Positions 1 through 15,039 are shown, counted from the stretch's first letter. The stretch: DNA of 64,000 nt from the human T2T-CHM13v2.0 reference genome, Homo sapiens (GCF_009914755.1 NC_060935.1); one strand, 5' to 3'. Notes: a model not told the origin generated them from the sequence alone. A program made the numbers and translations.

Positions 1-588
1 TAATAATACTGTTCCAGGCATATAACAGATAATTGACATATAGATGGGTAGACAGACAGATAAATAGATCTATATCTATTACATATAATGGAATTTTTTT
101 TGTAATATATATTATATTCTATGATGGCAAGGAATTGTACCTCATTTCTCCTTTCTGTTAAACTACTTTAATGGAAAAATCCATTTTAGTTAATAATTAT
201 TCAATAAATATGAACCAAATTGAGTTAAATTAGCAAGATACATCGTTTAAATTACAATGTATTTGTAACAAAAATCTTAGTGTAATACAGTGATTTATAT
301 GTTACTTTTTAATATTCATTTTTTGCTTTATATTTGTGTGTTAATTGTTCAATGAGATGCTTGGCTTACAAGATTTTTCTCACCCATATTTAGGTGAATG
401 TATTTGAATTATAAATCTGTGGTGAACAGGGGCTGCACAGATTTAAGGTAATTTTAATATGATCAACAAACTGACTTTTTTTAGAAAAGGTAGAGTTTTG
501 ATGTAAACTAATATTTTGATAATAATCCTAGCACCCATGGGTTTAGACAAGTGTTTTTACTCTTATATGATCCAAAAGAAATTAAAGT

Positions 589-857
589 GGCTGGGCGTGA
601 TGGCTCATGCCTGTAATCCCAGCACTTTGGGAGGCTGAGGTGGGCACATCATGAGGGCAGGAGATCGAGACCATCATGGCTAACACGGTGAAACCCCGTC
701 TCTACTAAAGTACAAAAAATTAGCCGGGCATAGTGGCACAGGCCTTTAGCCCCAGCTACTTGGGAGGCTGAGGTAGGAGAATCGCTTGAACCCGGGAGGC
801 GGAGGGTGCAGTGAGCCACTGCACGCCAGCCTGGGCAACAGAGCCAGACTCCGTCTC

Positions 858-880
<23 letters not shown>
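589..880 (+). mobile_element. Alu SINE (AluSc/AluY-like left arm)
   Basis: GGCTGGGCGTGATGGCTCA head, dimeric body and poly(A). TSD AAAAGAAATTAAA at 574-586 and 881-893. Short deletion in the right arm (GTGAGCC|ACTGCAC). Confidence 0.97.
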
Positions 881-888
<8 letters not shown>

Positions 889-1039
889 TTAAAATATAAT
901 TTTACATTTGAGACACACTAACAATTCAGTTGTCTGATTTAATATTTCTACTCTTGTTGTGGATGAATGTATATATTTTTAATAGAACTTTGGATTTTAA
1001 GCAGGAAGTTACTGTAACATCAAGTAAATTGTTAGAAAG

Positions 1040-1235
1040 TCGTTCTTCAAGCTCCAAATGAAAGATTCTTCACTCTTTGAAACCTTCTTTTGCTGACTCC
1101 ATAGACTTAACCACTTGTGATTAGAGTTCCCTTGACCTTGAAATTGCATTACAGATAGTTGTCTTTGGTGCTACTTTCCTTAACAGACCACAACTTCTTG
1201 AGTGCAGAAACCATAGTTTATTGCTCTCCTAATTC
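1040..1235 (+). mobile_element. L2 LINE 3' fragment (degenerate)
   Basis: Resembles the L2 3' end (AGACCACAACTTCTTGAGTGCAGAAACCATAGTTTATT). Confidence 0.45.
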
Positions 1236-3437
1236 TAAGTGAAAAAGGAAAGGAGAAGAGAATGTAAAAAGCAGGGGAAAGAGGCAAGCAGAAATAAAAT
1301 AGTCTTTGAATATTTTGCAGCCACTTAATAAATTCTTAAGTCAGATCCTTTTTGTCCCACTTCTGACTTCTGGTTGACTTTATGTCTACTGGGATGGCCT
1401 CTTCTCAAGACTCAATTGTGTTCCAGTATGTTTTCTTTCTTCTCTCTCAGCATACCTCCCATTTCGCCCAAGTTATACAGTAAACTTGCTGTTTGAAAGA
1501 AAGCGCTGGACTTGTTTAATTTATATTAAAGAATGGGTGACCATTTATTGCTTTTATATGGTATCCCAATTTGATGTTAACATTTTAAAAAAAGACATGC
1601 TGACACAAAGTAGTAAATCTCTAATGGTAGAAATTATCTGTACAAATTTGGGATATAAGAGCATTGATTATCAGTACTCTTTGTCCTGCTTTCCTCACTG
1701 TCCTGCTTTGCTGAATAGTATTTGCAGAAGAGAGAAAGAGTTAGTATGCAGGATAATTTACAGAAACAAGTATGATGTGGGAAGAATAGAGTTTTTTGAG
1801 AGCTTAATAAATTTTTTTCAACATAACTTTTGAATGATTCACTCTGGTCATTTAGACAGGAGGCCCAAATAGCAATGTTAGAAAGCTGCCAGAGAATTTG
1901 TTACACAAGATAAATCCAGCCTTTGGGAAATCTTGTGGTATTCCTAATTACCTTCTTGTTTCTTTATACACGTAAGGCTTGGATGCTGGAAGATAACACA
2001 ATTATATCTCCTCCCCCAATCCCTATGTAACAGATTTTCCACATTGAATTTCATTTTTGTTTTTTAAATAATATCAAACCTTTGCATTTCTCCAGGTTAG
2101 TAAAAATGCAGGCCTCATTGTGTTGCTAAAGGATCTTCCTCTTTTCCCCACTTAGAATTTTCTGAACCTAATCAGCAAGGAGCATTTTGCCAGGCTCCTG
2201 GTCATTGGTCCATAAATGAATGACACTCTTCAGGCCAAGGGCTAGCTAATTGCCAATTCCGAACTCTGTGTGTTAACTAGTGTGTGTTCTTTTCACTTTT
2301 CAAAGTCATAACGGATCAGGTACAGTGGCTTTTGCTTCCACATTTGAGCTGCCTGAATAAACAGGAGGTAATCCCTCACCTTAGGCTGCTGCATAATGCA
2401 TTCCAGCTTGTTGCTCTGAGTATTTTTTGACAGCTTTAACATTTGTTACTGGTAGTTGATCTTGGACTTTTTGATCCATGAATCTGAATGGTACGGCTTG
2501 TCCTCATGCTCATCATTTCTTGGTCAGCAAATTAGTCTGGGGCCCTTGCTCAGGATCGTACTAAAAATGAAAATCCCCATGCAAAATAAGTATTTCCATA
2601 ATTTTGAGTATCTTTGTTGAAAAAGAAAAAAATGTTCTCTCTTTTTAATGGCATGAGACAGTTATTCTTCCATCATGTGAGCATCTTGCTCTCTGTTTAC
2701 AATGTGTATGTTATGCAGATTCTTATACAAATATCTTTTCTATTTTTTTAAACGAAGGCAGGTTCACACCTCTGTCTTGTGTCCACCTTTCCAGGTACCA
2801 GTGCCTCTCATTTATTCTTAGTTTTCAGTATTGCGATTTGTTTTAGGTAGACGATTTGCGCCTTGAAAAATAGTCATTGCAAACAATGAGTAAATACTTA
2901 AAAAAAATTATAGTGTTTGTATAGTAAAAGTGTGTTTTTTTCTCTTCTAAATTTACTGTAATGTCACATTTTACTTGTAAATAAGTAGGAATTTCAATGT
3001 AGTAACGTAAATAAGTAAAATTAAATAACCAGTAGTTCCAAATACTGTTTTAATTGTTATTGTCTGTTTACTTCATAGTAGTAATTGTAGGAATATATTT
3101 CAAGAAAGTAAATGTAAAGTCTAACAAAGTCACTACATTATTTGTTATAGTAAAAAATATCAATAACCAAAATGCCCAAAATGAAGTAATTGATAAAATT
3201 TAATGAGAACAACCTGAGGGAATATTATATGAGTGGAGACAATTGTATTTATTTAAAAAAATATAAAAAGTTGAAAAATGCTATTTTTATGAAAAAGCAG
3301 AATTTGACATCTAACATATGAAATGATCTAAATCAATGTTTTTCAGATGTTTTAGTTTCCATTTTTAAAAATAAAAAGTGTATTGTACCTATGACCCTCA
3401 TATATGCATACATAATACACAAATAAAACAAGTTTTT

Positions 3438-3800
<363 letters not shown>

Positions 3801-4479
3801 TTAATTTTAAAAGAATTTGAATTGTGACCTGTTAAAGTGATTTATTGACCAAAAAATGGGTTGTGATGTGTAGCTAACAAGACATTGACCTAAAATACAT
3901 AAACGATGTACTTTGAAAATATTCTAGAAAGAAATGCAGTATAATATTAATATTTTATACATAACATTTAGATATGGAATATTTACATTTTTCCCTCATT
4001 CTGCTCCAAAGTTTTAAAAATATTGGCAGTAAACATTTTAACCTCACAAGTGTGACTCAACTTTTCACGTGCCATATTTTTTCATCAAGTGTAAATATGT
4101 TTTACTTTTCCAAGTGCTTTCTTCCAGCTTCTTTTCCGTTTTTGGTAGGGTAGAGCCCAGGTTTTAAAACACAGAGTATTTTTCTGGACCTAGTAAGTTC
4201 AAGATAAATAACTATTACATGAGTGAGTGAGTTAAGTGCTTGAATGGCTTTATAAAACTTAACTCAAATGTGTTTTTATGAAGTAAATGTTAGTTTTTAT
4301 TATTATTTTATTCACTTCATTACAGAGCAACATCAGCTCTACTAAAATGGAAGTTAATATAGTCAAATGACATTTTCATATTCAAAATATACTCTTGTCC
4401 AAAACATGTCTTCAGTGTTAGGACAGAGTTATGTTTGGTGATAATGCTGTATAAAATGTCATCCTGCTGAAGAAAGAAC

Positions 4480-4628
4480 GTAGGCTTGGGAGCCAAAACA
4501 GTTTGTAGTGATCTCGCTGAGCCACTCCGTTGTAAAATGAAAATAATAATATTTGCCTCATAAGCTTTCTGAGTAATTAATTTGTATAAAATACCTAGGT
4601 TCATGACTGGCACATATGTTAAGCGCCT
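4480..4628 (+). mobile_element. MIR SINE fragment
   Basis: MIR core-like TGTAAAATGAAAATAATAAT...CTGGCACATATGTTAAGCGC. Confidence 0.6.
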
Positions 4629-4702
4629 GCCTTTCCTTTTCCCCAGCTACTGGGTAATATTTTAAAATATTTTATAATTTTAAAGAAAATTGTTGTCATT
4701 TA

Positions 4703-4911
4703 CAGTCAGCCCTTCGTATGTGATGTGGAACCCGTGGACACAGAGGGCCGGCTTTTGGATCCAGGGTTGTTGACTGAGTACACCGATGCAGAGCCACACA
4801 TACTGAGTGCTGGCTGTACTACCATTTCATACAAGCGACTTGAGCATCCACAGCTTTTTGTATCCACAGGGTTTGCGGAGCCCTTCCCCAATGGATAATG
4901 AGAGCAAACTG
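4703..4911 (-). mobile_element. MER2B-like TcMar-Tigger non-autonomous DNA transposon
   Basis: TA|CAGTC...AACTG termini. Contains GACTTGAGCATCCACAGCTTTTTGTATCCACAGG and repeated GATGCGGAACCC..GAGGGCCGACTG-like motifs of the MER2 family. Confidence 0.8.
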
Positions 4912-5000
4912 CAATTAGCTGTATATAAAATTACAGTCTTTAAAAACGTAGGCTTTTATATCAACTGAAGTGACTCAGGTTCAGCAACGCATAATATAAT

Positions 5001-5308
5001 TTTTCTTTTCTTTCTTTTTTTTTTGACACGGAATTTTGTTCTTGTCACCCAGGCTGGAGTGCGGTGTGGCGCGATCTCGGCTCACTGTAACTTCCTCCTC
5101 CTGAGTTCAAGCGATTCTCCTGCCTCAGCCTCCCAAGTAGCTGGGATTACAGGCATGCGCCACAATGCCCGGCTAATTTTTTATTTTTAGTAGAGACGGG
5201 GTTTCACCAGATTGGCCAGGCTGGTTTCAAACTCCTGACCTCAAGTGATCAGCCCGCCGCAGCCTCCCAAAGTGCTGGGATTACAGGCGTGAGCCACCAT
5301 GCCCGGCC
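5001..5308 (-). mobile_element. AluS SINE
   Basis: Poly(T) followed by the reverse-complement Alu, ending GCCCGGCC. Confidence 0.97.
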
Positions 5309-6224
5309 GCCAAGATAAATTTTATAAATAAATACATAAAGTGTAAATATGAAGTGGGAAAAAAATACCATCTAATTTTAAAAAGATACAACACTTACAC
5401 AGATATGATATGGGGGGAATATATCTTAGAACCAAAAGTACTAAGTTGAATATAAATCATCATGTTGTACTATACCTATGAAAGGGAATTCTCATATATA
5501 TTTCAGAAGATTTGGCCAACAAGAATAGAAAATGTCTTTGAGCTCATCCCTGTGTTCTTTAGGATCTTCATTTAAAAAGCAGAGTTGTCATTCTTGTTTT
5601 TTGTTTGTTTTCAGGGTGTACTAAAAAACTAAAGTCAGTTCACCATCGTACATGAAAAATTCTCAAAAAATTTGTAAACAAACATTAAAGATTTAATTTG
5701 ATTTAATTTAATAGAGGAAATTAAGATTAATTTAATACAAATCTCTGTGCACATTCAAAATAGAAATGGTGAATTCTTCTTCATGTTCACTGAGAAGAGA
5801 TAAGGATATTGGTTAAACTGGCAAAGAGAAAGAGCAAAAAGGGAAGGTGCTGTTGAAATTTTAAAACAGTCTTTTAAAATATAACTGACCAAAATGATTT
5901 TTAGACTCTGATACAACAAAATAAGTGATTGAATTTTTGAAGTCTCATAACTTAATAAAATAGTATGATGTCCCAGAGGTTTTGATTTACATCTGAATAG
6001 AACCTTTTAATGAAAACAAAATATACACAAAAATGAATAAATAAAAATAAAAAATATTTTACTGAGAAAAAAAGAGATTATTGATCATTTAATATAGGGG
6101 TAATTTCCTTAATACATCTATTTATTAATGTTATGAATTAATTTTCTCAACTTAGAAAAAGTATTCCCTACATAGTATGAAAAATTCAAACAATGTGATA
6201 ATAAAAGGTAATGCTGCACAGGAG

Positions 6225-6460
6225 GTAAACACACAAACTACTGGGCTTGAATTCAAGTTCTGACTCCATCTATTAATATTTCTGTAAGTCTATATACAAA
6301 TGTCGCTTAATCTCTCTTTGCCTCAATTTTAAAAAAAATGTAAATGAAAATTAAAATAATTCTTGTTTCTATTATGGGGCTTAAATTGCGTAATACTGGC
6401 AGATTACTTAAAACAGTGCTTGGCACAGAATAACTATCCAATATATTTTAGCCTTTATAA
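6225..6460 (+). mobile_element. MIR SINE
   Basis: CTTAATCTCTCTTTGCCTCAATTT...TGTAAA core and ACTTAAAACAGTGCTTGGCACAGAATAA 3' part. Confidence 0.7.
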
Positions 6461-6559
6461 TTATTGTATAATAATATAGTCAAAAGACACAAGCAGAGAG
6501 TGCTTACAGAAAGAACAAAATGGGGCAACAAGTATATAAATCAGAGCCAACCATTCTTA

Positions 6560-6890
6560 CAACCAAGTAAATGAAACAATGAGACCTTTGTTAACATATC
6601 GGATTGAAAGATTTATCTGTTGTTATAGGTGTGGGAAAAAAAGAGACTCTCAAACACTGTTGGTGAGAGTATAAACTGGCATAACCTTTCTGAGGGCAAT
6701 TTAGAAACTATCAAAGTGAAACTGCACGCATCTTTTGACCTAGAAATCTGACTTCTAATATTACTGATATTTAAACATGTCTACAATCTTGTTAACAGAA
6801 AACTAATGGATGCAACATAGCAGTTCTAGTATGAGTTGTATGTGCTTCAGAAAAGTACATATACACATTCATACAAAATATGAGTATGCA
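6560..6890 (+). mobile_element. Old L1 (L1ME-like) ORF2-end/3' fragment, probably resuming at ~11184-11340
   Basis: CTCTCAAACACTGTTGGTGAGAGTATAAACTGG..CTTTCTGAGGGCAATTT..TTTGACCTAGAAAT is typical of L1M ORF2 ends. Confidence 0.65.
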
Positions 6891-7431
6891 TACAGTCATG
6901 TACCCCATAACAATGTTTTGGTCAATAATGGACTGCATATATGAGGGTGCTTCAATAGTGGAGCTGAAAAATTCCTATCATTTAGTGACATTGTGTCCTT
7001 TGTAATGTACTGCAATGCATTATTCAACGTTTGTGGTGATGCTGCTGTAAACAAAACTATTGGACTGCCAGTTACATAATGATAATATACAACTATGTTA
7101 CTGGTTTACATATGTACTATACTATACTTTTCATCATTACTTTAGAATGTTCTCCTTTCAGATATTTTTTATAAAGTTGAGTGTAAAACAGCCTTAGGCA
7201 AGTTCTTCAGGAAGTATTCCAGAGGAAGTCATTATTATAATCATAGGAGATGACAGCTTCGTGCATCTTATTACCACTAAAGACCTTTCAGTGGAACAAG
7301 ATGTAAAGGGGCAAGACAGTGATACTGATGATCCTGACCCTTTGCAGGCCTCGGCTGATGTGTTTGTTTATGTTTTAGTTTTTAATTTAAAAAGCGTAAA
7401 CATTAAAAAAAATTAAATAGAAAAAATCTTA

Positions 7432-8205
<774 letters not shown>

Positions 8206-8798
8206 AAAGAAAAATATTTTTGTATAGCTCTACAATGCATTTGTGTTTTAAGCTCAATGTTATGAGTCAAAAAAGTTTACAAAATTAAGTTTATAAAGTA
8301 AATTAATTACAGTAAGCTAAGGCTAATTTATTGAAGATACAAAAAGATTTTAAATAAATTTAGTGTAGCCTAAATGCACAGTGTTTATAAAGTCTACAGT
8401 AGTGTACAGTAATGTCCTAGGGCTTCACATTCACTCCCATTCACTCCTGAACTCACCTAGAGCAAAATACCAACCCTGCCGCCTCCATTCAAAGTAAGAG
8501 CCCTAGACAGGTATAGCATTTTTTCTTTCATACCACATTTTGCTATACCTTTAATACATTTAGATACATGCGTAAGGTTACTAACCATTGTCTTCCAATT
8601 GCCTATAGTGTGCAGCACGGTAACATGCTGTGCAGGTCTGTAGCCTAGGAGCAGCAGGCTATGTCCCATAAAGCCTAGGATTGTAGTAATCTATACCACC
8701 CAGGTTCGTTAAAGTATATTTATGATGTTTTCACAAGAAATCGCCTAATGGGGCATTTCTCAAAATATATCCCTGCCATTAAGTGAAGAGTGACTGTA

Positions 8799-11181
8799 TA
8801 GGCATACCTTGCTTTATTGCTCTTTGGTTTATTGCAGTTTGCAGATATTGTCTTATTTATAACGTGAAGGCTCGTGGAAACCCTGTGTCCAGCAAGTCTG
8901 TTAGTGCCATTTTTTCAACATCATGTGCTCACTTCCTGTCTTTGTGTCATGTCAGTAATTCTAGAATAGTTTCAAGCTTTTTCATTATTATTATGCCTGT
9001 TACGGTGATCAGTGATCAGTGATCTTTGATGTCACTATTGTAATTGTTTTGGGGTGCCACAAACAGATCCCATATAAGAGGGTGAACATAACTGATGTGT
9101 TCTGCCTTCTCCATCAACCAACCATTACATCATTTCTCTCTTCCTCCTCCATCCTTATTCCCTGAGACACAACAGTATTGAAATAGGCCAATGAATAACT
9201 GTACAATGGCTTCTAAGTGTTCAAGTAAAAGGAAAAATAGCATGTTTCTCATTTTAAATCAAAAGCTAGAAATGATTAAGTTTTGTGAGGAAGACATGTC
9301 AAAAGCTGAGATAGGCCAAGAGTGAGGCCTCTTATGCCAAACAGTTAGCCAAGTTCCAAATGCAAAGGGAAATTTTCTGAAGGAATTTAAAGTGCTACTC
9401 CAGTGAATACATGAATGATAAAAGAGAAAAAGCTTTATTGCCAATAGAGAGAAAGTTTTGGTGGTCTGGATAGAGGATCAAACCAGCCACAACATTCCCT
9501 TTTAGCCAAAGCCTAATACAGAGAAAAGCCCTTACTCTTTGATTCTTTGAAGGCTGACAGAGTTGAGGAAGCTGCAAAAGCAAAGTTTGAAGATAGCAGA
9601 CGTTGGTTCATAGGATTGAAGGAAAGAAGCTTTTTCCATAACAAAGTGCACGGTGAAACAGCAAGTGCTGACATAGAAGCTGCAGCAAGTCATCCAGAAG
9701 ATCTAGTTAAGATCGTTGATGAAGATGGCCACTAAACAACAGATTTTTGATGTAGACAAAGAGCCTTCTGTTGGAAGAAGATGCCGTCTAGGACTTTCAT
9801 AGCTAGAGAGTAGAAGTTAATGCCTGGCTTTAAAGCTTCAAAATACAGGCAGCCTCTCTTGTTAAGGGCTAATGCAGCTGGTGACTAAGTTGAAGCCAAT
9901 GCTCATGTAGCATTCCAAAATTCCTAGAGCTTAAGAATTATGCTAAATCTACTCTGCCTGTTCTATGTAAATGGAACAAAAAAGCTTGAATGACAGTTCA
10001 CATGTTTACAGTATGTTTTACCAAATATTTTAAACCCACTATTGAGATTTAATGCTCAGAGAAAAAAAAAAGATTCCTTTCAAAATATTACCATTCACTG
10101 ACAAAGCACCTGGTCATGCAAGAGCTCTGATGGAGATGTACAAGGAGAGTAATGTTATTTTTATGCCTGTTAGCAGAATATCCATTCTGTAGCCCATGGA
10201 TCAAGGAGTAATTTTGACTTTTAAGTCTTTTTATTTAAGAAATACATTTTGTAAAGCTATTATGACCATAGTGATTTCTTTGATGGATTTTGGGAAAATA
10301 AATTAAAAACCTTCTTGAAAGGATTTACCGTTCTAGATCCCATCAAGAATATTTGTTATTCATGGAAGAAAGTTAAAATATGAACATTAACAAGGGGTTA
10401 AAAGATGTCAATTTTAACCCTCATGGATGAATTTTAGGGGTCCAAGACTTCGGTGGAGGAAGTAACTGCAGATGTGATGGAAATAGTAAGAAAATTAGAA
10501 TTATAACTGAAACATAAAGACGTAACTGAATTACTGCAATCTCATGATCAAACTTGAATTGATGAGAAGTTGCTTTTTATGGATGAGTAACAAAAGTAAT
10601 TTCTTGAGATGGAAACTACTCCTGATAAAGATGCTGTGAACATTGTGGAAATGACAACAAAATATGAGATTACATAAATGCAGTTGATAAAGCAGCATCA
10701 GGGTTTGAGAGGATTGACTTCAATTCTGAAAGACATTCTACCATGGGCAAAATGTTATCAAACAGTGTTGCATGCTACCGAGAAATCTTTCAAGAAAAGA
10801 AGAGTCCACTGAAATGGAAAACTTCTTTGCTTATTGTAAGTTAAAAAATTGCCACAGCCATCTCAACCTTCAGAACTACTAATCTTGTCATCCAGAACCC
10901 AATAACATTAAGGCAGGATCCTTCACTAGCAAAAAGATGACCATTTGCCAAAGGCTCAGATGATGGTTAGCATATTGTTTTGGCAATAAAGTATTTTAAA
11001 TTGAGGTATATACGTTGTTTTTTACCTAATGCTATTGCACACTTAGTAGACTTCAGTGTAGTATAAAAATAACTTTTATTGCACTGCGAAACCAAAAAGC
11101 TAGTGTGACTTGTTTTACTATGATATTTGCTTTATTGCAGTAGTCAAGAATTGAACTTGCACTATATCCCGAGTATGCCTA
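8799..11181 (+). mobile_element. Tigger1 full-length DNA transposon (~2.4 kb)
   Basis: TIRs TAGGCATAC.../...GTATGCCTA flanked by TA. Continuous similarity to the Tigger1 consensus and the expected length. Confidence 0.96.
9206..10557 (+). pseudogene. Decayed Tigger1 pogo/CENP-B-like DDE transposase
   Basis: Starts ATGGCTTCTAAGTGTTCAAGT (MASKCSS). ORF piece 9547-9735 reads EEAAKAKFEDSRRWF..VHGETASADIEAAASHPEDLVKIVDEDG. Multiple stops and frameshifts. Confidence 0.9.
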
Positions 11182-13399
11182 TATATGGAAAGATAAACTG
11201 AAAACTGAAAACTTTTGATATTTCCTTTAAGTCAGTGAGACTATGAAGGGTGGGACCTATCATGGTTAAAGAAAGGAAGATATTAGACTTTCATCTCATA
11301 GCTTTTTAAAAAACGATGTGCAATTGTTATAGTAAAAATGTCTAAATGAAATATATAGCTTCAGGCATAAAATGTATAATCATAAGGGCTAAGCAAAATT
11401 GAAAACAGGTCACTGAACAAAAAGGATATTTAAAAAGCTCTACTTAATTTAAAAGCTCTGTTGGTTCAGTATGTATATTTATACATATTTGTTGAAGAAA
11501 TTATGTATTTTTTATAAAAGAAGCAGCGAAGAGAGATTAACACTGCTGAATGTGGTGTCAGACAAAGCAAAAAAATTAACAACTGTCACAATTCTTGTAG
11601 TGTAGATAATTTTTGATAAAATATATGCAAAATTAGAATTGATAGCCACAGCCTGAATAGATTTAGCTGAAATTCCTGCTAGAGAAAAATGACTTTGTTC
11701 TGAATATTTGAAATACTAGCTATGGGATTCAGAATAAAAATGCATTGTTGTAGTATTAGGTAAACACTTGCTTAATAGAACAAACTGACAAAGATATCAT
11801 CTGTCTTTTTCACCATTGTATTTCATGCCTGCGTTGAGATTCTCATTTTATTTATAATAAGAGGTAATTATTAGGCCATAGAATTCACTTAGAAAAAACT
11901 GATGCATTTTATAAAGTTCAAAGTAGGAACATATTTTAAAAATGTAAAAGCTTTGCCTTAATTGTCCCCTCAATTTATTAGTTAATTAGTAATCAGTTTA
12001 TTAGAAATGTGATTTGTACATCAAGATCAGCATTAAACCATAAATGCATGTGTTTTCTAGATGCATTTATGCTGTTTTATTTCTATATGCTGTTTTATTA
12101 AGAGATTTATAGATGAAATAGGAATCTTTAAGTTAGCTGATATATAGTAAATATTCATTATATCAATTGCTATTATCTCATACAAAATGAATAATTGCTA
12201 GCTATGCTTTAAAAGATATATTTTAAACTACATTGTAGAGAGTCATACACTTAAATGTTTATTTATATAATTTTATGAAAAAAAAAAAACAAAATCATAT
12301 CTATACACCTTACCAAATGGAAAGTTTTATGGTCAGCTAGGTTTTTCTGACCGCTTACCCTACACTAAAACAGTGGTTCACATATGATTATGTTATGAAT
12401 TGATCAATTGCTCGGCTATATGCAATACCATAAGTAACAGAATAAAGAGAAGGTGCTAATTGTTAAAAAAAATGGCTTATTTACAATACTCATAAATATA
12501 AGTCCAACCTGTCTTTTATCCTTAAGCTAAAATGAGATATATAAACTGGAAGATCTAGCAATAAAAATCATTTTTACCATTCCAGTGGTATATGTTCTAA
12601 TCAATTTCTAATATGTAGAATTTTCTCAAACTAAGAGTCTATTTTATATTGGCAAAAATTTTCCTAATAACCTTGGGTAATTAAAATTCATATTTAGCTC
12701 AAATTTCTGGTAAGAGAAAACGAACTCCATATAGACTAGAATTAGTCTCTGTGGAAACTAGTATGTTCTCTGAAAAGAGCACTTTTCAGGTTCTTCTCTT
12801 TTTGAAAAGTGAGTTGGTCAACAAAATGAAAAATAACAATGGTGCATACATAATGCACACATCCACACACATACATGCTTACGCACGGGCACACAATCCA
12901 AACTGAGAGCATCGAGTGAGGGTCACCAATGGGGCAGTGACTGGCAAATGTGAATTTCTTTCATGGCTGTTGATATAGTTGTTAGGAAAAAAAGATTTAA
13001 GTACACTTGTTTTCAAAATATATTATGGAAAACATTGCAGTTTTACCTCAATCCTAATCCTGAATTTTTTTAAGATTTCTTGTTAATGAAATTCACTATC
13101 ATGTGTAAAAATGTTAGTATTAAAAATGTAAGAACTTGTTTTTTCATTTCATTTGGAATGCACATAAAAATTAGTCTGTGAGATACTTATGTTAGGTGTC
13201 ATTTTGTAAGGGATTTGTTTTAATCCCAACAAGTGAAATAATTAGCAGTTTAAACAATGAAAAATGAATGGGCACTAATTGTGATTGACATGAAAGAGTA
13301 TTTCTTTGATTATTTTAAGTTATTTGGTAAGTAGAATAAAAGGGGGAGGGAAACTAAATCTGTTTGAATTCCTGCTATATATTACACACACAGTTGAAT

Positions 13400-13500
13400 T
13401 CTCCACAAATGATCTAAGTTTATTCCTTACAACACCCTATAGACAGGTTTTATCTCTCTTTTAAAGACCAGTCAAATACAGGGAGGTTAAGTATCAAGTC
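13400..13500 (-). mobile_element. MIR fragment
   Basis: CCTTACAACACCCTAT..AGGTTTTATCTCTCTTTT..GAGGTTAAGT. Confidence 0.5.
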
Positions 13501-13509
13501 AGAAATATG

Positions 13510-14293
13510 AGAAGTCTTCTCTTTCCTTTATCCACAAATTTAACCGGTCATCAAGCTCTATCAAATTTCCTTAATGTCTTGTATATTAAACCCCTTTTTA
13601 TATTTTCTTTATTATTCCCTTAACCCTTCATCACCTCTTTCCTGGACTCTTCCAAGAGTAGATCTTGCAGTAGATCTTCTCCACAGCCTTTTTCTACAAT
13701 GCAAAACTAATCACATGACTCCTTTCCTTAATGCCCTTCAACATGTCTCCATTTTTCATAGGATGTACTCCGAAATTCTTGGCAAGCTCTACAAGACTCT
13801 CCACAATCTGGTCCCTGCTCATCACTTAAGGTTTATATTCACACATTCTTATTCTATTTCTCTCCTAGACTTCTCAGCCATCCCAAGATAATTGCAGTTC
13901 TGAATCTATTTTCTGCTGCTTTATGTCTGAGTATTTTCTCACCTGCCTTTCTTTGACTTGAGCTCACCACGCCCCACCTCAAAATTTCTGCCAGATTGTC
14001 TTCTGTAAGCTAGTGATAACGTCACTTCCTTCATAAACCATTTGCTCACCTGCTACCCTTGTTCTCTGTCCCCTCTTACAAGTGAATTGACAGCTCTAAC
14101 ACACATTTCTACCATAGCCCACCTAACTTTAGTTTCAGTAGTAACTTAAATGTTTTTCTTTGATCGTTAGTCTGGGATTAAGTTTAGGGTTAGGACAGGG
14201 ACAATGTTATATTTTGTGTGCAAACCTGGTAACTAGCATATTTCTTGGGACATCATAGGCATTGTATTTCTTATTTTGTTTGTAAAGGAATGA
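13510..14293 (+). mobile_element. L2 LINE 3' portion
   Basis: AATGCAAAACTAATCACATGACTCCTTTCCTTAA, CTACAAGACTCTCCACAATCTGGTCCCTG and an L2-type 3' end. Confidence 0.7.
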
Positions 14294-15039
14294 TATTGGA
14301 GAATATGAAGGGTATTAGACCAAGGGAAAGATTAGACATTCACCCATAACCTAGAAAAGAATCAATTCAGGGTATCCAAACAGTTATCAGTCATGGACCT
14401 TCTTTTAGAGTTTTATAATTAATATTACTCAATTCTAATTATTTCATATCTGTGTGTGTGTCTTTTCCAGGTTTCAAATTTCCAGTATATTAAATCTGAT
14501 TTGCTCAAGTTCAGTCGGATGCGTACAACTGAATTAGAAAAATAACTTAGACTCATGTGAGATGTGACCAGTAGGTGTCATTCACAGGAAAGCAGCATTG
14601 TTAAGACTCAGGTCGCCACTTTATGAGACACCCGTTGGAGGTATTCAAAGGACTTTAGCTGGCTAGGTAGTATTTAACCGATAAAACAGAGCAAGTATAT
14701 ATAGAAAACATTTATCAACAAAAATACAGTAGAACCACAAATTTAAAATCACTACGAGTCAAAACCTCTAGCGACAAATCATGAAGTGGGTCTTCAAGCT
14801 CTTGTGAAACTCTGGTGTCCTGAATTATGCATATCACTGCAGTCACAACAATTTGAGAAAAATTTTACTTCCAAAAGGAAGTAGCAACAATAAGGTTAAT
14901 GTTTTACATTGGAAAAGTGATCGTTCTCCAGGGCAATATGGCAGCAATGGCTATATTAAGTATTTAGTCAAATATACTATAAGCTTATGGTCTTCCATTG
15001 TTTCTTATTAAGATAAATGACAAGATCTTCCATTTTCTT

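Noticed and set aside
1486-1833. 115-aa ORF downstream of an acceptor-like motif at 1450
   Set aside because: TTG start, no recognisable domain, composition typical of random AT-rich DNA.
9206-10557. Possible domesticated TIGD-like transposase gene
   Set aside because: Numerous in-frame stops and frameshifts; the longest listed sense piece is 62 aa.
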